DNA of 64,000 nucleotides. It comes from Parcubacteria group bacterium GW2011_GWA2_40_23. Its GTDB lineage: Bacteria > Patescibacteriota > Patescibacteriia > UBA11705 > JABHMO01. The notes beneath the pieces were generated by a model. It searched no databases. It saw only the letters and a program-made list of their open reading frames with translations, and was not told the DNA's origin. Below are positions 7,566 through 18,447 of the stretch, in pieces. The stretch spans positions 5,352 through 69,351 of the forward strand of contig LBYP01000002.1 in NCBI GenBank assembly GCA_000996245.1, in the 5' to 3' direction. The position numbers were made by a program, and so were the translations under genes. Each line of letters begins with the position of its first letter. Positions within the stretch are counted from its first letter, which is position 1.

Positions 7566-9104
7566 ATGGTACAAAAAAAAGACGATTACGTAATAGAAGC
7601 CTTAAAGAAACAAATTAATGAGTTCAAAGAACATGTATCAGTTGATACTGTTGGACGTGTTTTGGAAGTGGGCGATGGTATTGCCAAAATATCAGGACTT
7701 TCGAATGTTATGTATTCAGAAATGCTAGATTTTGGTTCTGGTGTCTTCGGTGTTGCTTTAAATCTTGAAGAGGATGCAGTCGGTGCCATGATTTTGGGTG
7801 ACTGGTTAAAGATTAAAGAAGGTGATGTCGTTAAAAGTACTGGACGTGTGTTGGAAGTTCCAGTGGGCGAGAATTTAATTGGACGTGTGGTTAACCCCTT
7901 GGGTGAAGCTATGGATGGCAAAGGAAAAATTGATTCAAAAATATTTTATCCAGTAGAAAAAATAGCGCCGGGTGTTATTACTCGAAAATCTGTAAATGTC
8001 CCAGTGCAAACTGGTATTAAAGCAGTTGATTCCATGATTCCAATCGGACGTGGTCAACGCGAACTTATTATTGGTGATCGTCAAACAGGCAAGACTGCCA
8101 TTGCTATTGATACAATTATCAACCAAAAAGGAAAAGATTTAATTTGTGTTTACGTTGCGATTGCTCAAAAGGAATCAAAGATTGCTAAGATTGTAGCCAA
8201 GCTCGAAGAAGCCGGTGCTATGGATCACACGATTATTGTTTTGGCGGGTGCTTCTGCTCCAACATCATTAAATTATATTGCGCCTTTTGCTGGTTGTGCC
8301 ATGGCAGAATATTTTATGGATAAGGGCAAGGATGTTTTAATAGTTTATGATGATTTATCAAAACATGCTGTAGCTTATCGCGAAATTTCATTGTTATTAC
8401 GCCGACCACCAGGACGTGAAGCTTATCCTGGAGATGTTTTCTATTTACATTCCAGATTATTAGAAAGATCCGCTCGCTTAGACAAGGAATATGGTGGTGG
8501 TTCTATTACTGCTTTGCCAATTATTGAAACTCAAGCAGGGGACATCTCTGCCTATATTCCCACAAATGTAATTTCAATTACTGATGGACAAATTTTCTTG
8601 GAAAGTGATTTGTTTTATCAGGGTATTCGTCCAGCGATTAATGTGGGTTTATCTGTTTCTCGTGTCGGTTCAAGCGCCCAAATTAAAGCTATGAAAAAAG
8701 TAGCTGGTAAATTACGTTTGGAGGTAGCGCAATATCGAGAATTGGCAGCCTTCGCTCAATTCGGTTCAGATTTAGATGAATCAACTAAGAATCAACTCGA
8801 ACGTGGTAAACGTATTGTTGAAATTTTGAAACAGGGTCAATACGTTCCAATGGCAGTTGAAAAACAAGTTGTGATTCTTTTTGCAGCAATTAAGGGATTA
8901 CTCGATAATGTTGATGTCAGCAAATTAAATGAATTTGAAATTGGTTTACATAATTATTTGGAAACTACAGTTCCAGAGATTTTGAAAGAAATTTTAGAGA
9001 AAAAAGAAATTGATGAAATGCTAGAAGCCAAAATCATTAAAACTATTAATGAATACAAGTCAACGGTAGAAGAACTATTGGTAAAAGCTGAGGCTGATGT
9101 TTAG
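7566..9104 (+). CDS. atpA: F0F1 ATP synthase subunit alpha
   Basis: Walker A GDRQTGKT. Start placed at ATG 7566 (MVQKKDDY...). The track start 7533 is a TTG overlapping atpH. Confidence 0.95.
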   Translation: MVQKKDDYVIEALKKQINEFKEHVSVDTVGRVLEVGDGIAKISGLSNVMYSEMLDFGSGVFGVALNLEEDAVGAMILGDWLKIKEGDVVKSTGRVLEVPVGENLIGRVVNPLGEAMDGKGKIDSKIFYPVEKIAPGVITRKSVNVPVQTGIKAVDSMIPIGRGQRELIIGDRQTGKTAIAIDTIINQKGKDLICVYVAIAQKESKIAKIVAKLEEAGAMDHTIIVLAGASAPTSLNYIAPFAGCAMAEYFMDKGKDVLIVYDDLSKHAVAYREISLLLRRPPGREAYPGDVFYLHSRLLERSARLDKEYGGGSITALPIIETQAGDISAYIPTNVISITDGQIFLESDLFYQGIRPAINVGLSVSRVGSSAQIKAMKKVAGKLRLEVAQYRELAAFAQFGSDLDESTKNQLERGKRIVEILKQGQYVPMAVEKQVVILFAAIKGLLDNVDVSKLNEFEIGLHNYLETTVPEILKEILEKKEIDEMLEAKIIKTINEYKSTVEELLVKAEADV

Positions 9105-9118
9105 GGTTTGTCATGCAT

Positions 9119-9160
9119 CATACATCATGTAACACTTTGATACAGGTTACATGATACATG
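9119..9160 (+). other. Long hairpin in the 112-nt atpA-atpG spacer
   Basis: CATACATCATGTAAC-N12-GTTACATGATACATG (10 bp perfect plus 3 bp after a 2-nt mismatch), with no T-tract. Possible processing/stability element. Confidence 0.4.
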
Positions 9161-9216
9161 CCGGAGTTAAGCAGTAATTCGTAACATCATTATAAATGTA
9201 CTATTCGTAAAACAAT

Positions 9217-10170
9217 ATGGCTGGTGGAACAAGAGAATTAAAACGTCGTATCAAATCTGTTGCTAGTACTCAAAAGGTAACTAAGGCAATGGAAATGGTC
9301 GCTGCATCAAAAATGCGTCGCGCCATTAATTCGGTTTTGGCTACACGCGATTACTCTAATCTTGCTTGGGCGACTATTATGAACTTGGCACAAAGAACAG
9401 ACTCGGCTTTGCATCCATTATTAGCCAAAAAAGATAAAGTCGAAAGTGTTTGCTTGATTCTAATCAGTTCAAACCGTGGACTTTGCGGTGGATTTAATAT
9501 GCAAGTTGTTCAAAAGGCTATTAACTCAATCAAAAAACACGAAGAGAATGTTAAAGTTACAGATGTAATTACCATGGGAACAAAGGGCCGAGACATTATT
9601 CGTGGTTTTAAATTTAATGTTGCAGCTGATTTTAAAAAACAAGATTTAACTTTAAGAGTTTCCGATGTTTACGCAGTAGCTCATTTGATCATAAAAGATT
9701 TTACTTCTGGGAAATACGATAAAGTTTTTGTGGCTTTTACAGATTTTGTTTCAACTTTAAAGCAAGAACCGCGCGTTAAACAATTATTACCGATCGATCA
9801 AGAACCAGATGAATATCTTGGTGTAGTTGGAAAGAGTGCAGGCGTTGGTACTACAAAAAAGTTTATTCAAGCCAAAGCTGAAAAATATTTGAAAAAAGGC
9901 GAATATTCTTATGAATATGTTTTCGAACCTAATGCTAAAACTGTTTTAGAAGAAATGTTGCCACGTTTAATCGAAACTCAGATCTATCAGGCTGTTTTGG
10001 AATCTGAAGCATCCGAACACAGTGCCAGAATGTTCTCTATGCGCAATGCTTCTGAAGCTGCTTCGGACATGATTAGCGATTTATCATTATCATATAACCG
10101 TGCTCGTCAAGCTGGTATTACGCAGGAAATTGCGGAAATCAGTTCTGCGGCTGAATCTTTAAAAAAATAA
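9217..10170 (+). CDS. atpG: F0F1 ATP synthase subunit gamma
   Basis: N-terminal LKRRIKSVxSTQKVTKAMEMVAASKMRRA and C-terminal ITQEIAEI motifs. Confidence 0.9.
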   Translation: MAGGTRELKRRIKSVASTQKVTKAMEMVAASKMRRAINSVLATRDYSNLAWATIMNLAQRTDSALHPLLAKKDKVESVCLILISSNRGLCGGFNMQVVQKAINSIKKHEENVKVTDVITMGTKGRDIIRGFKFNVAADFKKQDLTLRVSDVYAVAHLIIKDFTSGKYDKVFVAFTDFVSTLKQEPRVKQLLPIDQEPDEYLGVVGKSAGVGTTKKFIQAKAEKYLKKGEYSYEYVFEPNAKTVLEEMLPRLIETQIYQAVLESEASEHSARMFSMRNASEAASDMISDLSLSYNRARQAGITQEIAEISSAAESLKK

Positions 10171-10189
10171 TTCAATTTAAAAATAGTAA

Positions 10190-11563
<1,374 letters not shown>

Positions 11564-11568
11564 ACATT

Positions 11569-12024
11569 ATGGAAAAAATGAATTTTAAAATTGCGACTCC
11601 CGAACGTGTCGTCTTCAAAGAAGACATTGATTCAGTTACTTTGCCAACAAGAGCTGGTGAAATTACGGTTTTACCAAATCACGTCCCACTGATTTCAGTT
11701 TTGCAACCAGGGGAAATAAGAATTCAAAATGAGGGCAAGGAAACAGTTCTGGCCATCTCGGGTGGTTTTGTTGAAGTTTTATCAACCAAGGTTGTTGTCT
11801 TGGCTGACACTGCTGAACGTTCAGAAGAAATTGATGTGGCTCGAGCCGAAGCCGCGATTCGCAAAGCGCAAGAATTGCGTGAACAAAGAGCGGGGGATAG
11901 TCGCGAGTTTGCAGCTCTTTCAGCACAAATTGAAAAAGAATTGGCACGTGTGAAAGTCGGTCGTAAAATGGCGCATCGGGTTCAAATGCAAGGCGCGCAA
12001 AGAAGTCAGCTAGAAAAAGAATAG
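11569..12024 (+). CDS. atpC: F0F1 ATP synthase subunit epsilon (extended C-terminus)
   Basis: Operon position; N-terminal beta-sandwich-like sequence, then a helical tail. Confidence 0.85.
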   Translation: MEKMNFKIATPERVVFKEDIDSVTLPTRAGEITVLPNHVPLISVLQPGEIRIQNEGKETVLAISGGFVEVLSTKVVVLADTAERSEEIDVARAEAAIRKAQELREQRAGDSREFAALSAQIEKELARVKVGRKMAHRVQMQGAQRSQLEKE

Positions 12025-12040
12025 TATAAAGTTATAATAG

Positions 12041-12076
12041 AAGGTCAGAGTTTAATGCTCATGACCTTTTATATTT
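12041..12076 (+). terminator. atp operon terminator
   Basis: GGTCA-N14-TGACC followed by TTTTATATTT. Confidence 0.6.
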
Positions 12077-12118
12077 ATCATGATTTTGCTATAATTCCAT
12101 TGAATAAAAATAAAAAAT

Positions 12119-12616
12119 ATGGTGATTCTAGATTACATTTTGCTTGGTATCATTATCCTCTTGGGAATCTTAGGATTAAGAAGGGGACTAATTCAATCAG
12201 TTGGATCAATCATCGGCATTATTGTGGGAACGCTTGTGGCGAGTCGTTTTTATCCGCTGGTTGCAGATTGGTTTGGCGGATCTAATTTAACAACTTTGCT
12301 AACATTTATTGTAATTTTTAGCATAACTGTTAAACTGGTCAGTATCTTGTTTTGGCTCCTTGGCAAGATCTTTAAGATAATAACCATTCTACCTATAATA
12401 TCGCATTTTGACAGGTTTTTAGGCCTAATTTTAGGGCTTGTAGAAGGGCTGCTAGTCCTCGCAGTGATTCTAAGCTTTTTACTGAAATATCCATTTAACT
12501 ATTGGATAGTAACTCAAATGGGTGCTTCAGTTGTCGCAAAAGTTTTGTTGAAAATCGGGTTTGTGTTTATTCCACTTTTCCCAGATGCTTTGAAGAAAAT
12601 TAAATCATTCATGTAA
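12119..12616 (+). CDS. cvpA: CvpA-family membrane protein
   Basis: N-terminus ILDYILLGIIILLGILGLRRGLIQSVGSIIGIIVG is typical of CvpA; 4 TM helices. Confidence 0.7.
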   Translation: MVILDYILLGIIILLGILGLRRGLIQSVGSIIGIIVGTLVASRFYPLVADWFGGSNLTTLLTFIVIFSITVKLVSILFWLLGKIFKIITILPIISHFDRFLGLILGLVEGLLVLAVILSFLLKYPFNYWIVTQMGASVVAKVLLKIGFVFIPLFPDALKKIKSFM

Positions 12617-12617
12617 T

Positions 12618-13490
12618 ATGTCAAATGTAAAACAGTATAAAAGAAGGGAAAAGGGAAAAGGGATATGGGGTATGGGAGTTAGATCTTCCCTTATACCTTA
12701 CCCCATAATGCTTACCCCAAATAAATTGTTTTTTTGTTTTCTTGCTTTTTTGATTATGCTTACAGGTTGTACTAAAGTAGGTGATTATTCTTTCGTCAAT
12801 TATGGACTTAACACCAAGACCAATGAAATAGTAAAATCCGCAGATGGTCAATCCGTTTCTTGGGTATCACAAGATGTAAGTGGCGAAAAAGTAATGAACA
12901 GAATTTTTTCCGCAACAAACACCGGTAAAAACAAAACAGAACTTTTGAGTATGGAATTAGAGAAGGAACGTTCTTTACGTATTTTAGGTTTTTATCCAGA
13001 GAATAGCGTTTTCGTTTATGCTATCGAATATCAAAATCCAAACTTTGGAGTTGCTGTACAACGAGAAACTTTTTATAAATTTTTTAATGAAGATAATTCA
13101 CACAGTATTGGTAAAGATTATTTACGATTTTTCAAAACAGATCGTGGTGTCATGGGCTTAAGAGTCGGTGATGTCTTAGCTTACTATCAACTATCAATGA
13201 ACAATGCCTATGCGGTTGATTCTAAAAGTAATTACATCCAAGATAGTAAGGTAAAAGCATTATTTACAGATGCACAATTAACTCCTGATCTTAAAAAAAT
13301 TGTCTATACTTTTGAATATGAACCAGCAACTCAAGGCTATAATCAGAATAAGCTAATGGTCAGCGATTTTTATGGGGAGAATCGCAAGGAACTTGTCGCC
13401 TCAGACAAAAGTATTGATATTCTTGAAATGATTGGCAATGATAAAGTTAAGGTCAAAGTCGGGGATGAAGAAAAAGAGTTTTCCTTTTAA
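12618..13490 (+). CDS. Putative lipoprotein (likely true start ATG 12708)
   Basis: Lipobox LTGC after the hydrophobic stretch FFCFLAFLIM. From the in-frame ATG at 12708 the signal peptide is MLTPNKLFFCFLAFLIMLTGC. The upstream 30 codons overlap a G-rich hairpin motif. Confidence 0.6.
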   Translation: MSNVKQYKRREKGKGIWGMGVRSSLIPYPIMLTPNKLFFCFLAFLIMLTGCTKVGDYSFVNYGLNTKTNEIVKSADGQSVSWVSQDVSGEKVMNRIFSATNTGKNKTELLSMELEKERSLRILGFYPENSVFVYAIEYQNPNFGVAVQRETFYKFFNEDNSHSIGKDYLRFFKTDRGVMGLRVGDVLAYYQLSMNNAYAVDSKSNYIQDSKVKALFTDAQLTPDLKKIVYTFEYEPATQGYNQNKLMVSDFYGENRKELVASDKSIDILEMIGNDKVKVKVGDEEKEFSF

Positions 13491-13502
13491 GTAAATTATG
13501 AA

Positions 13503-13533
13503 GAGGCGAGCTAGGCTCGTCTCTTTTTGTTTT
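13503..13533 (+). terminator. Terminator of the lipoprotein gene (sequence re-used right of island B)
   Basis: GAGGCGAGC-tag-GCTCGTCTC followed by TTTTTGTTTT. Confidence 0.7.
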
Positions 13534-13637
13534 CATATAAATATCAATTGTCTAGTAGAGGAGAATATGGATAATTTGTAATTCGTAAAATAATGTTTAA
13601 ATTTAGCTAAAATAAGTAAGTGTCCATATGATTCCTG

Positions 13638-13666
13638 TTGACAAACATAAGAAAGTATGTTATTGT
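13638..13666 (+). promoter_or_regulatory. Sigma70-type promoter of island B
   Basis: TTGACA (13638-13643), 17-nt spacer aacataagaaagtatgt, TATTGT (13661-13666). Confidence 0.6.
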
Positions 13667-13705
13667 TATGGCAATTGAACCTGTGCTACAACGATGGAGG
13701 AATCC

Positions 13706-13990
13706 ATGGATCTGATCGGATTGGACATGAAGGCTCGTCAGGCTCGGGAGAAGTTCACGGTCGTGACCAAGCTGGGTGATGCGGTCTGGACGCCGGCGGA
13801 GATCAACCGACTGGTGCACCAGTACAGAACCATCATCAGCACGCTTCCCAGGATGCCCTCCGTCGCGATTCTCGCGGGAGAGTACTCCAAGGACCAGCTC
13901 GTCGCGTTCCTCGGGACGGACAACTTCACCGTCGAGCTGATGGTCGGTCGCCAGAACCCCAAGCTGCCGTTCAGCGCTCCGATGCTCTGA
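13706..13990 (+). CDS. Island B1: 94-aa GC-rich protein of unknown function, paralog of B2
   Basis: GGAGGA ends 4 nt before ATG 13706. G/C-ending codons dominate. About 45% identity to B2 over ~67 aa (KFTVVT..G..VW..E..RL....PR..SVAI.AGE.SK...V..LGTD.F.VEL.V). Confidence 0.7.
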   Translation: MDLIGLDMKARQAREKFTVVTKLGDAVWTPAEINRLVHQYRTIISTLPRMPSVAILAGEYSKDQLVAFLGTDNFTVELMVGRQNPKLPFSAPML

Positions 13991-14020
13991 GCGCGGCAAG
14001 TTCGAAAGAGAGGAACGGAC

Positions 14021-14248
14021 ATGCTGGTTCTGTTGACTCCTGCCAAGTTCACCGTCGTGACCTTGTTCGGTTTTGGGGTGTGGCATAAGGACGAGGTTCA
14101 ACGTCTGGCGAACAGGCTGAGAGCCTGCGTCTACACGTATCCAAGGAGGCTTTCGGTCGCGATCATCGCGGGAGAGCACTCCAAGGCTTCGATCGTGGAC
14201 GTCCTCGGTACGGACGACTTCGGCGTCGAGCTGAAGGTCAAGTGCTAG
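14021..14248 (+). CDS. Island B2: 75-aa GC-rich protein, paralog of B1
   Basis: AGAGAGGAA SD-like motif 5-6 nt before ATG 14021; same conserved blocks as B1; followed directly by terminators. Confidence 0.7.
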   Translation: MLVLLTPAKFTVVTLFGFGVWHKDEVQRLANRLRACVYTYPRRLSVAIIAGEHSKASIVDVLGTDDFGVELKVKC

Positions 14249-14282
14249 AAACCAGTCACTCAAGGTTTCAAGAGGCGAGCAG

Positions 14283-14351
14283 CTTCGTAGTTGCTCGCCT
14301 TTTAAATTTTAGGAAATGAGACAACTCGTCTCTTTTTGTTTATTATGCTAA
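14283..14351 (+). terminator. Two tandem terminators closing island B
   Basis: AGGCGAGC-N12-GCTCGCCT + TTTTAAATTTT (14283-14320), then GAGAC-N5-GTCTC + TTTTTGTTT (14328-14351). Their outer halves, AAGAGGCGAGC and CTCGTCTCTTTTTGTTT, duplicate the host terminator at 13501-13532. Confidence 0.7.
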
Positions 14352-14364
14352 TATTTACTTGAAT

Positions 14365-17337
14365 ATGAGCTTATTAGAATCATCAAACAAAGAGCAGCTT
14401 TCAGCTATTATGCATGAGGCTGGGCCTCAGCTGATCGTTGCCGGAGCGGGGACGGGCAAGACGCGAGTAATTACAGCCCGTATAGCTTATTTAATTACAG
14501 AAAAAAACATAAATGTCGACGAAATTCTGGCTTTGACTTTTACTGACAAAGCAGCCGAAGAAATGGAAGAACGTGTAGATAAAATGTTGCCTTATGGCTA
14601 TGTCGACTTGTGGATTTCAACTTTTCACTCCTTTTGTGACAAACTATTAAAACGCCACGCTCTCGATATTGGACTCTCTAACAATTATAAACTTATAAAC
14701 GAAACTGAGGCTTGGTTACTGATTAAAAAGAATTTAGCGCGTTTTGATTTGGATTATTACCGTCCGCTTGGTAATCCAACCAAATTTATTCATGCTTTGC
14801 TAAAACATTTTTCGCGTTGTAAAGATGAGGGCATTTCGGCCGAAGAATATTTGGAATTTGCTGATGGTTTAAAATTGGACTTGGATGTAACTGATTATGT
14901 AAAAAAATTAGATTTGCCAGAAGACTTTGCGGAACTGAAGAAAGAAGAAAAACAAGCGTTGCTCAAACAGGAAATTATTCGAATTAATGAAATCGCTAAG
15001 GCATATCACACATATCAACAAATATTAATCGAAAATGATTGCTTGGATTTTGGCGATTTGCACAATTACGCCATTAAACTTTTTAAAGATCGTCCCTTGA
15101 TTTTAGATAAATATCGACGTCAATTTAAATATATACTTGTCGATGAATTTCAGGACACAAATTTTGTTCAATATGAACTCATCAAGCTTTTAGCAGCTCC
15201 CAAAAATAATTTGACAGTGGTGGGGGATGATGACCAGTCAATTTATAAATTCCGAGGAGCTTCTATTAGTAATATCATGCAATTTAAAGAAGATTACCCA
15301 AACGCGCAGGAAGTTGTCTTAACGGAAAACTATCGATCGGCGCAGGAAATTTTAGATTTGTCATATAATTTTATTAAGCAAAATGATCCTAATCGGTTGG
15401 AAGCGAAGTTGAATATCAATAAAAAATTAAAATCGAATAAAACTGAGCAGGGAGTTATCGATCACAAACATTTTGAAACTATCGATGCTGAAGCGCAGTT
15501 TGTTATAAGTCAGATTCGAGAAATACAAAAAGTAACTCAGTGCGAGTGGAAACAATTTGCCATATTGGTACGTGCCAATGAAAGCGCTAATATTTTTATT
15601 AGTTATTTAGATTCCGCAAATATTCCATATCAGTTCTTAGCATTACGTGGATTGTATACGAAGCCAGTCATTGTTGATTTGCTCAACTACCTAAAGTTGT
15701 TAGATGATTATCATGAGGGAGCTTCGGTTTATCGATTGTTAAATTTCCCATGTTTCAAATTAAAAACTGATCAAATCATCAAAATTGTTCATTATGCAAA
15801 GCAAAAAAGTTTTTCATTGTACGACACGTTGAAGAAGATTGTTATAATTCCTGGTATTGAAATGGAAACAATAACTCAGGTTGGGAAAATATATGCTCAG
15901 GTTGAAGCTGATACTGCTTTGGCACAAAAGAAACGTCCGACCGAAGTCTTGCTAAATTTTTTATACACTTCCGGTTATTTAGAACACGTAAAAAATTTGG
16001 ACGAAAAAATTGCTAAAGAAAATTTAGATTATATCCAACAGTTTTTTCAAAAAGTTAAAGAGATAGAAACCACTTACGAAGATGCGCGCATTAAAGATAT
16101 AGTCGAGGTTTTTGATTTAGAATTGCAATCTGGCGAAGCTGGGCGATTGGCTTTTGATGTTGAAACAGGTCCAGACATGGTAAAGGTCATGACAGTGCAT
16201 GGATCAAAAGGTTTGGAGTTTGACTATGTTTTCTTGCCAAATCTTGTCGACCGTAAATTCCCAACAGACGAACGCAAAGAGGCTATCGAGATTCCAGCAG
16301 CCTTGATTGAAGAAAAACTGCCCGAAGGTAATTTCCATTTAGAAGAAGAACGCCGACTTTTTTATGTGGCGATGACTCGAGCGCGACGTGGTTTATTTTT
16401 TACATCGGCAGAGGATTATGGCGGAGTACGCAAAAAAAGGTTATCGAGATTTTTAATAGAAATGGGTTATAAAAAAGATTATGACATCCAATCGACTGAA
16501 ACTATTTTAATCAAGCCAAGTAAATCATCAGCAGTTGATAAATTTGTTTATGAATTACCAAAAAGATTTAGCTTTTCGCAAATTGCAACTTACGAAAAAT
16601 GTCCTTTACAATACAAATACGGAAATATTTTAAAAATCCCAGCTTTTGGCAGTCATTATTTTACTTTTGGTACAATTATCCACTCAACTTTGCAGAAATT
16701 TCTAGAAGAATCGTATCAAGTTAATAATAATGTTCAAGAAGATTTATTTAGCAATATAAAAAAGACGATTAAAAAGGGAACTTTGCCCTTGGATCGATTG
16801 TATCAAGTTTATGATGATGTTTGGTTTGATGATTGGTTCCAAGATCCTAAGCAGAAAGAAGAATATTATAAAAAAGGAAAAGCTTTGCTGAAAAGTTTTC
16901 ATGCTGATTTTAATTCAGAGTTACCAGAAGTAAGAAATCTCGAAATATCATTTAAATTGCCAGTCGGCCCATATTTCTTTTCTGGTAGAATTGATCGAGT
17001 CGATAATTTAGAGTCTGGTTTAGTGCAGATCATTGATTATAAAACCGGGCAAGCCAAGGATGATAAATTAACAACAGATGACAAACGTCAACTTTTATTT
17101 TATCAGATTGCGGCCGAGGAAGCCTTAAAGTTGAAAGTTGAAAAGATGACATACCATTATTTAGAAGAAAATAAGAAAATATCTTTTATGGGTAAAGAAA
17201 AAGACAAGGAAGAATTAAAGAAAAGATTTATTGAAGATATTGAATTGATCAAGGCACAGAAATTCGAAGCCACGCCAAGTCCTTATGTTTGTGGTAGTTG
17301 CGATTATCGAAATATTTGTGAGCATAAAAAATTGTAA
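14365..17337 (+). CDS. UvrD/PcrA-type superfamily-1 helicase fused to a C-terminal PD-(D/E)XK, Cas4/AddB-like 4-Cys nuclease
   Basis: Walker A GAGTGKT, motif II VDEFQDTN, C-terminal Cys cluster KCPLQ ... CGSCDYRNIC (CX2CX5C). Start at ATG 14365 (track start 14359 is TTG). Confidence 0.85.
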   Translation: MSLLESSNKEQLSAIMHEAGPQLIVAGAGTGKTRVITARIAYLITEKNINVDEILALTFTDKAAEEMEERVDKMLPYGYVDLWISTFHSFCDKLLKRHALDIGLSNNYKLINETEAWLLIKKNLARFDLDYYRPLGNPTKFIHALLKHFSRCKDEGISAEEYLEFADGLKLDLDVTDYVKKLDLPEDFAELKKEEKQALLKQEIIRINEIAKAYHTYQQILIENDCLDFGDLHNYAIKLFKDRPLILDKYRRQFKYILVDEFQDTNFVQYELIKLLAAPKNNLTVVGDDDQSIYKFRGASISNIMQFKEDYPNAQEVVLTENYRSAQEILDLSYNFIKQNDPNRLEAKLNINKKLKSNKTEQGVIDHKHFETIDAEAQFVISQIREIQKVTQCEWKQFAILVRANESANIFISYLDSANIPYQFLALRGLYTKPVIVDLLNYLKLLDDYHEGASVYRLLNFPCFKLKTDQIIKIVHYAKQKSFSLYDTLKKIVIIPGIEMETITQVGKIYAQVEADTALAQKKRPTEVLLNFLYTSGYLEHVKNLDEKIAKENLDYIQQFFQKVKEIETTYEDARIKDIVEVFDLELQSGEAGRLAFDVETGPDMVKVMTVHGSKGLEFDYVFLPNLVDRKFPTDERKEAIEIPAALIEEKLPEGNFHLEEERRLFYVAMTRARRGLFFTSAEDYGGVRKKRLSRFLIEMGYKKDYDIQSTETILIKPSKSSAVDKFVYELPKRFSFSQIATYEKCPLQYKYGNILKIPAFGSHYFTFGTIIHSTLQKFLEESYQVNNNVQEDLFSNIKKTIKKGTLPLDRLYQVYDDVWFDDWFQDPKQKEEYYKKGKALLKSFHADFNSELPEVRNLEISFKLPVGPYFFSGRIDRVDNLESGLVQIIDYKTGQAKDDKLTTDDKRQLLFYQIAAEEALKLKVEKMTYHYLEENKKISFMGKEKDKEELKKRFIEDIELIKAQKFEATPSPYVCGSCDYRNICEHKKL

Positions 17338-17370
17338 AAAAAGGGCCACGCAAACTTGTGTCTGCGTGGC
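17335..17370 (-). terminator. Terminator of island C (also sits directly after the helicase stop)
   Basis: Reverse strand GCCACGCA-N10-TGCGTGGC followed by CCCTTTTTTTT. The T-tract is present only in the minus orientation. Confidence 0.7.
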
Positions 17371-17396
17371 TCCTTGCGACGAGTTGTGACTCGGCG

Positions 17397-18377
17397 CTAG
17401 TTGGTGAGCACGTGGCTGATGTCCATGTCCGGACTGACGATCAGCTTCTGTGCCGTGTTCTCGCCGATGACCTCGATCGCCTCGTTCGGACCCGTACCCA
17501 GGTTCGGGATGAACCCGATCTGGATGTACGAGTACTGCTCGAGGGGATCGACGTCGCAGCGCACGTCGAAGGCCGTCGTGGTGCCCTTGGGTAGGAAGAT
17601 GTCCGTCAGGTCATGGAAGACGAGCTGCGCGTTCCATCCCTCGGTGTTTACGTAGGGTTGACCCTGGTAGGCCAGGGTGTGGCCACCCGAGATCAGGCTG
17701 CAGTTGCGCACCTTCTCGAAGTGGTCCCCGGTCATCATCATCGACAGCGTGACCTCGGTGAGAACGCCGTCCTCGGCGTAGGCCGTGTCTTCGGCGTCGA
17801 CCATCAGGTAGAACGTGAACAAGTGGACCTGCGAACCTTCGACGAGCAGGTTGCTGGTTTCCTTCTTCCAGACCATGACGGTCGAGAATTGCGGCTCCAT
17901 GTACGGCGCGCAGACTTCTTCGACGGAGCAGTAGAACGTACGGTTGCCCCTGGCGATGGCGTCGTAGAAGGCTTGGAAGTTGCTGTGCCAGACGTTCATC
18001 ATCGCGATCTGCTTCTGCGCCGCGATCCGTCGCAGCTTGTAGGTCGGGATCATGGCGATGGGGTATTTGGGGTCTCCCGCCAAGGCCAGCTTGATCTTCC
18101 AGGTGTTGGTCGTCGCGTTCTGCGTCGCCTTGGCCAGGAACTGGCCCTCGTACTGGAAGTAGTAGCTGATGTTGTCGGTGAAGTTGGTCCACCCGACGCA
18201 GTCGGTGCCGTACCAGTCCGGCAACTGGCCGGTCAGGTTGAAGTAGTCGATGCTTTCCTGGTTGTACGTCTCGGCGACGTACTTGAGGTCGGCGAAGGTC
18301 TGGGGCGGACCGCCCCCGGCGTACGCGGCACTCGAGAAGCACAGGACGGCGAGCAGGGCGATGAGGGTCTTCTTCAT
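17397..18377 (-). CDS. Island C: secreted 326-aa GC-rich protein of unknown function
   Basis: Signal peptide MKKTLIALLAVLCFSSAAYA. GGAGGA lies 7 nt before the ATG. Near-exclusive NNC/NNG codon usage (checked codon by codon). Several Cys residues; no motif I can name. Confidence 0.8.
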   Translation of the reverse strand: MKKTLIALLAVLCFSSAAYAGGGPPQTFADLKYVAETYNQESIDYFNLTGQLPDWYGTDCVGWTNFTDNISYYFQYEGQFLAKATQNATTNTWKIKLALAGDPKYPIAMIPTYKLRRIAAQKQIAMMNVWHSNFQAFYDAIARGNRTFYCSVEEVCAPYMEPQFSTVMVWKKETSNLLVEGSQVHLFTFYLMVDAEDTAYAEDGVLTEVTLSMMMTGDHFEKVRNCSLISGGHTLAYQGQPYVNTEGWNAQLVFHDLTDIFLPKGTTTAFDVRCDVDPLEQYSYIQIGFIPNLGTGPNEAIEVIGENTAQKLIVSPDMDISHVLTN

Positions 18378-18447
18378 CTCGGATTCCTCCTTCGGACGTT
18401 TCGAACCTTAGATCGATGGTGTACATCACCAATCTCTCTTTGGCACC

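Noticed and set aside
13607-14263. 218-aa antisense ORF and 13738-14052(-) covering island B
   Set aside because: These are mirror-strand shadow ORFs of a GC-rich coding region. The 218-aa ORF starts beyond the B2 stop and runs out through the AT-rich promoter of island B, and it has no SD. The sense-strand paralog pair with SDs and terminators explains the region.
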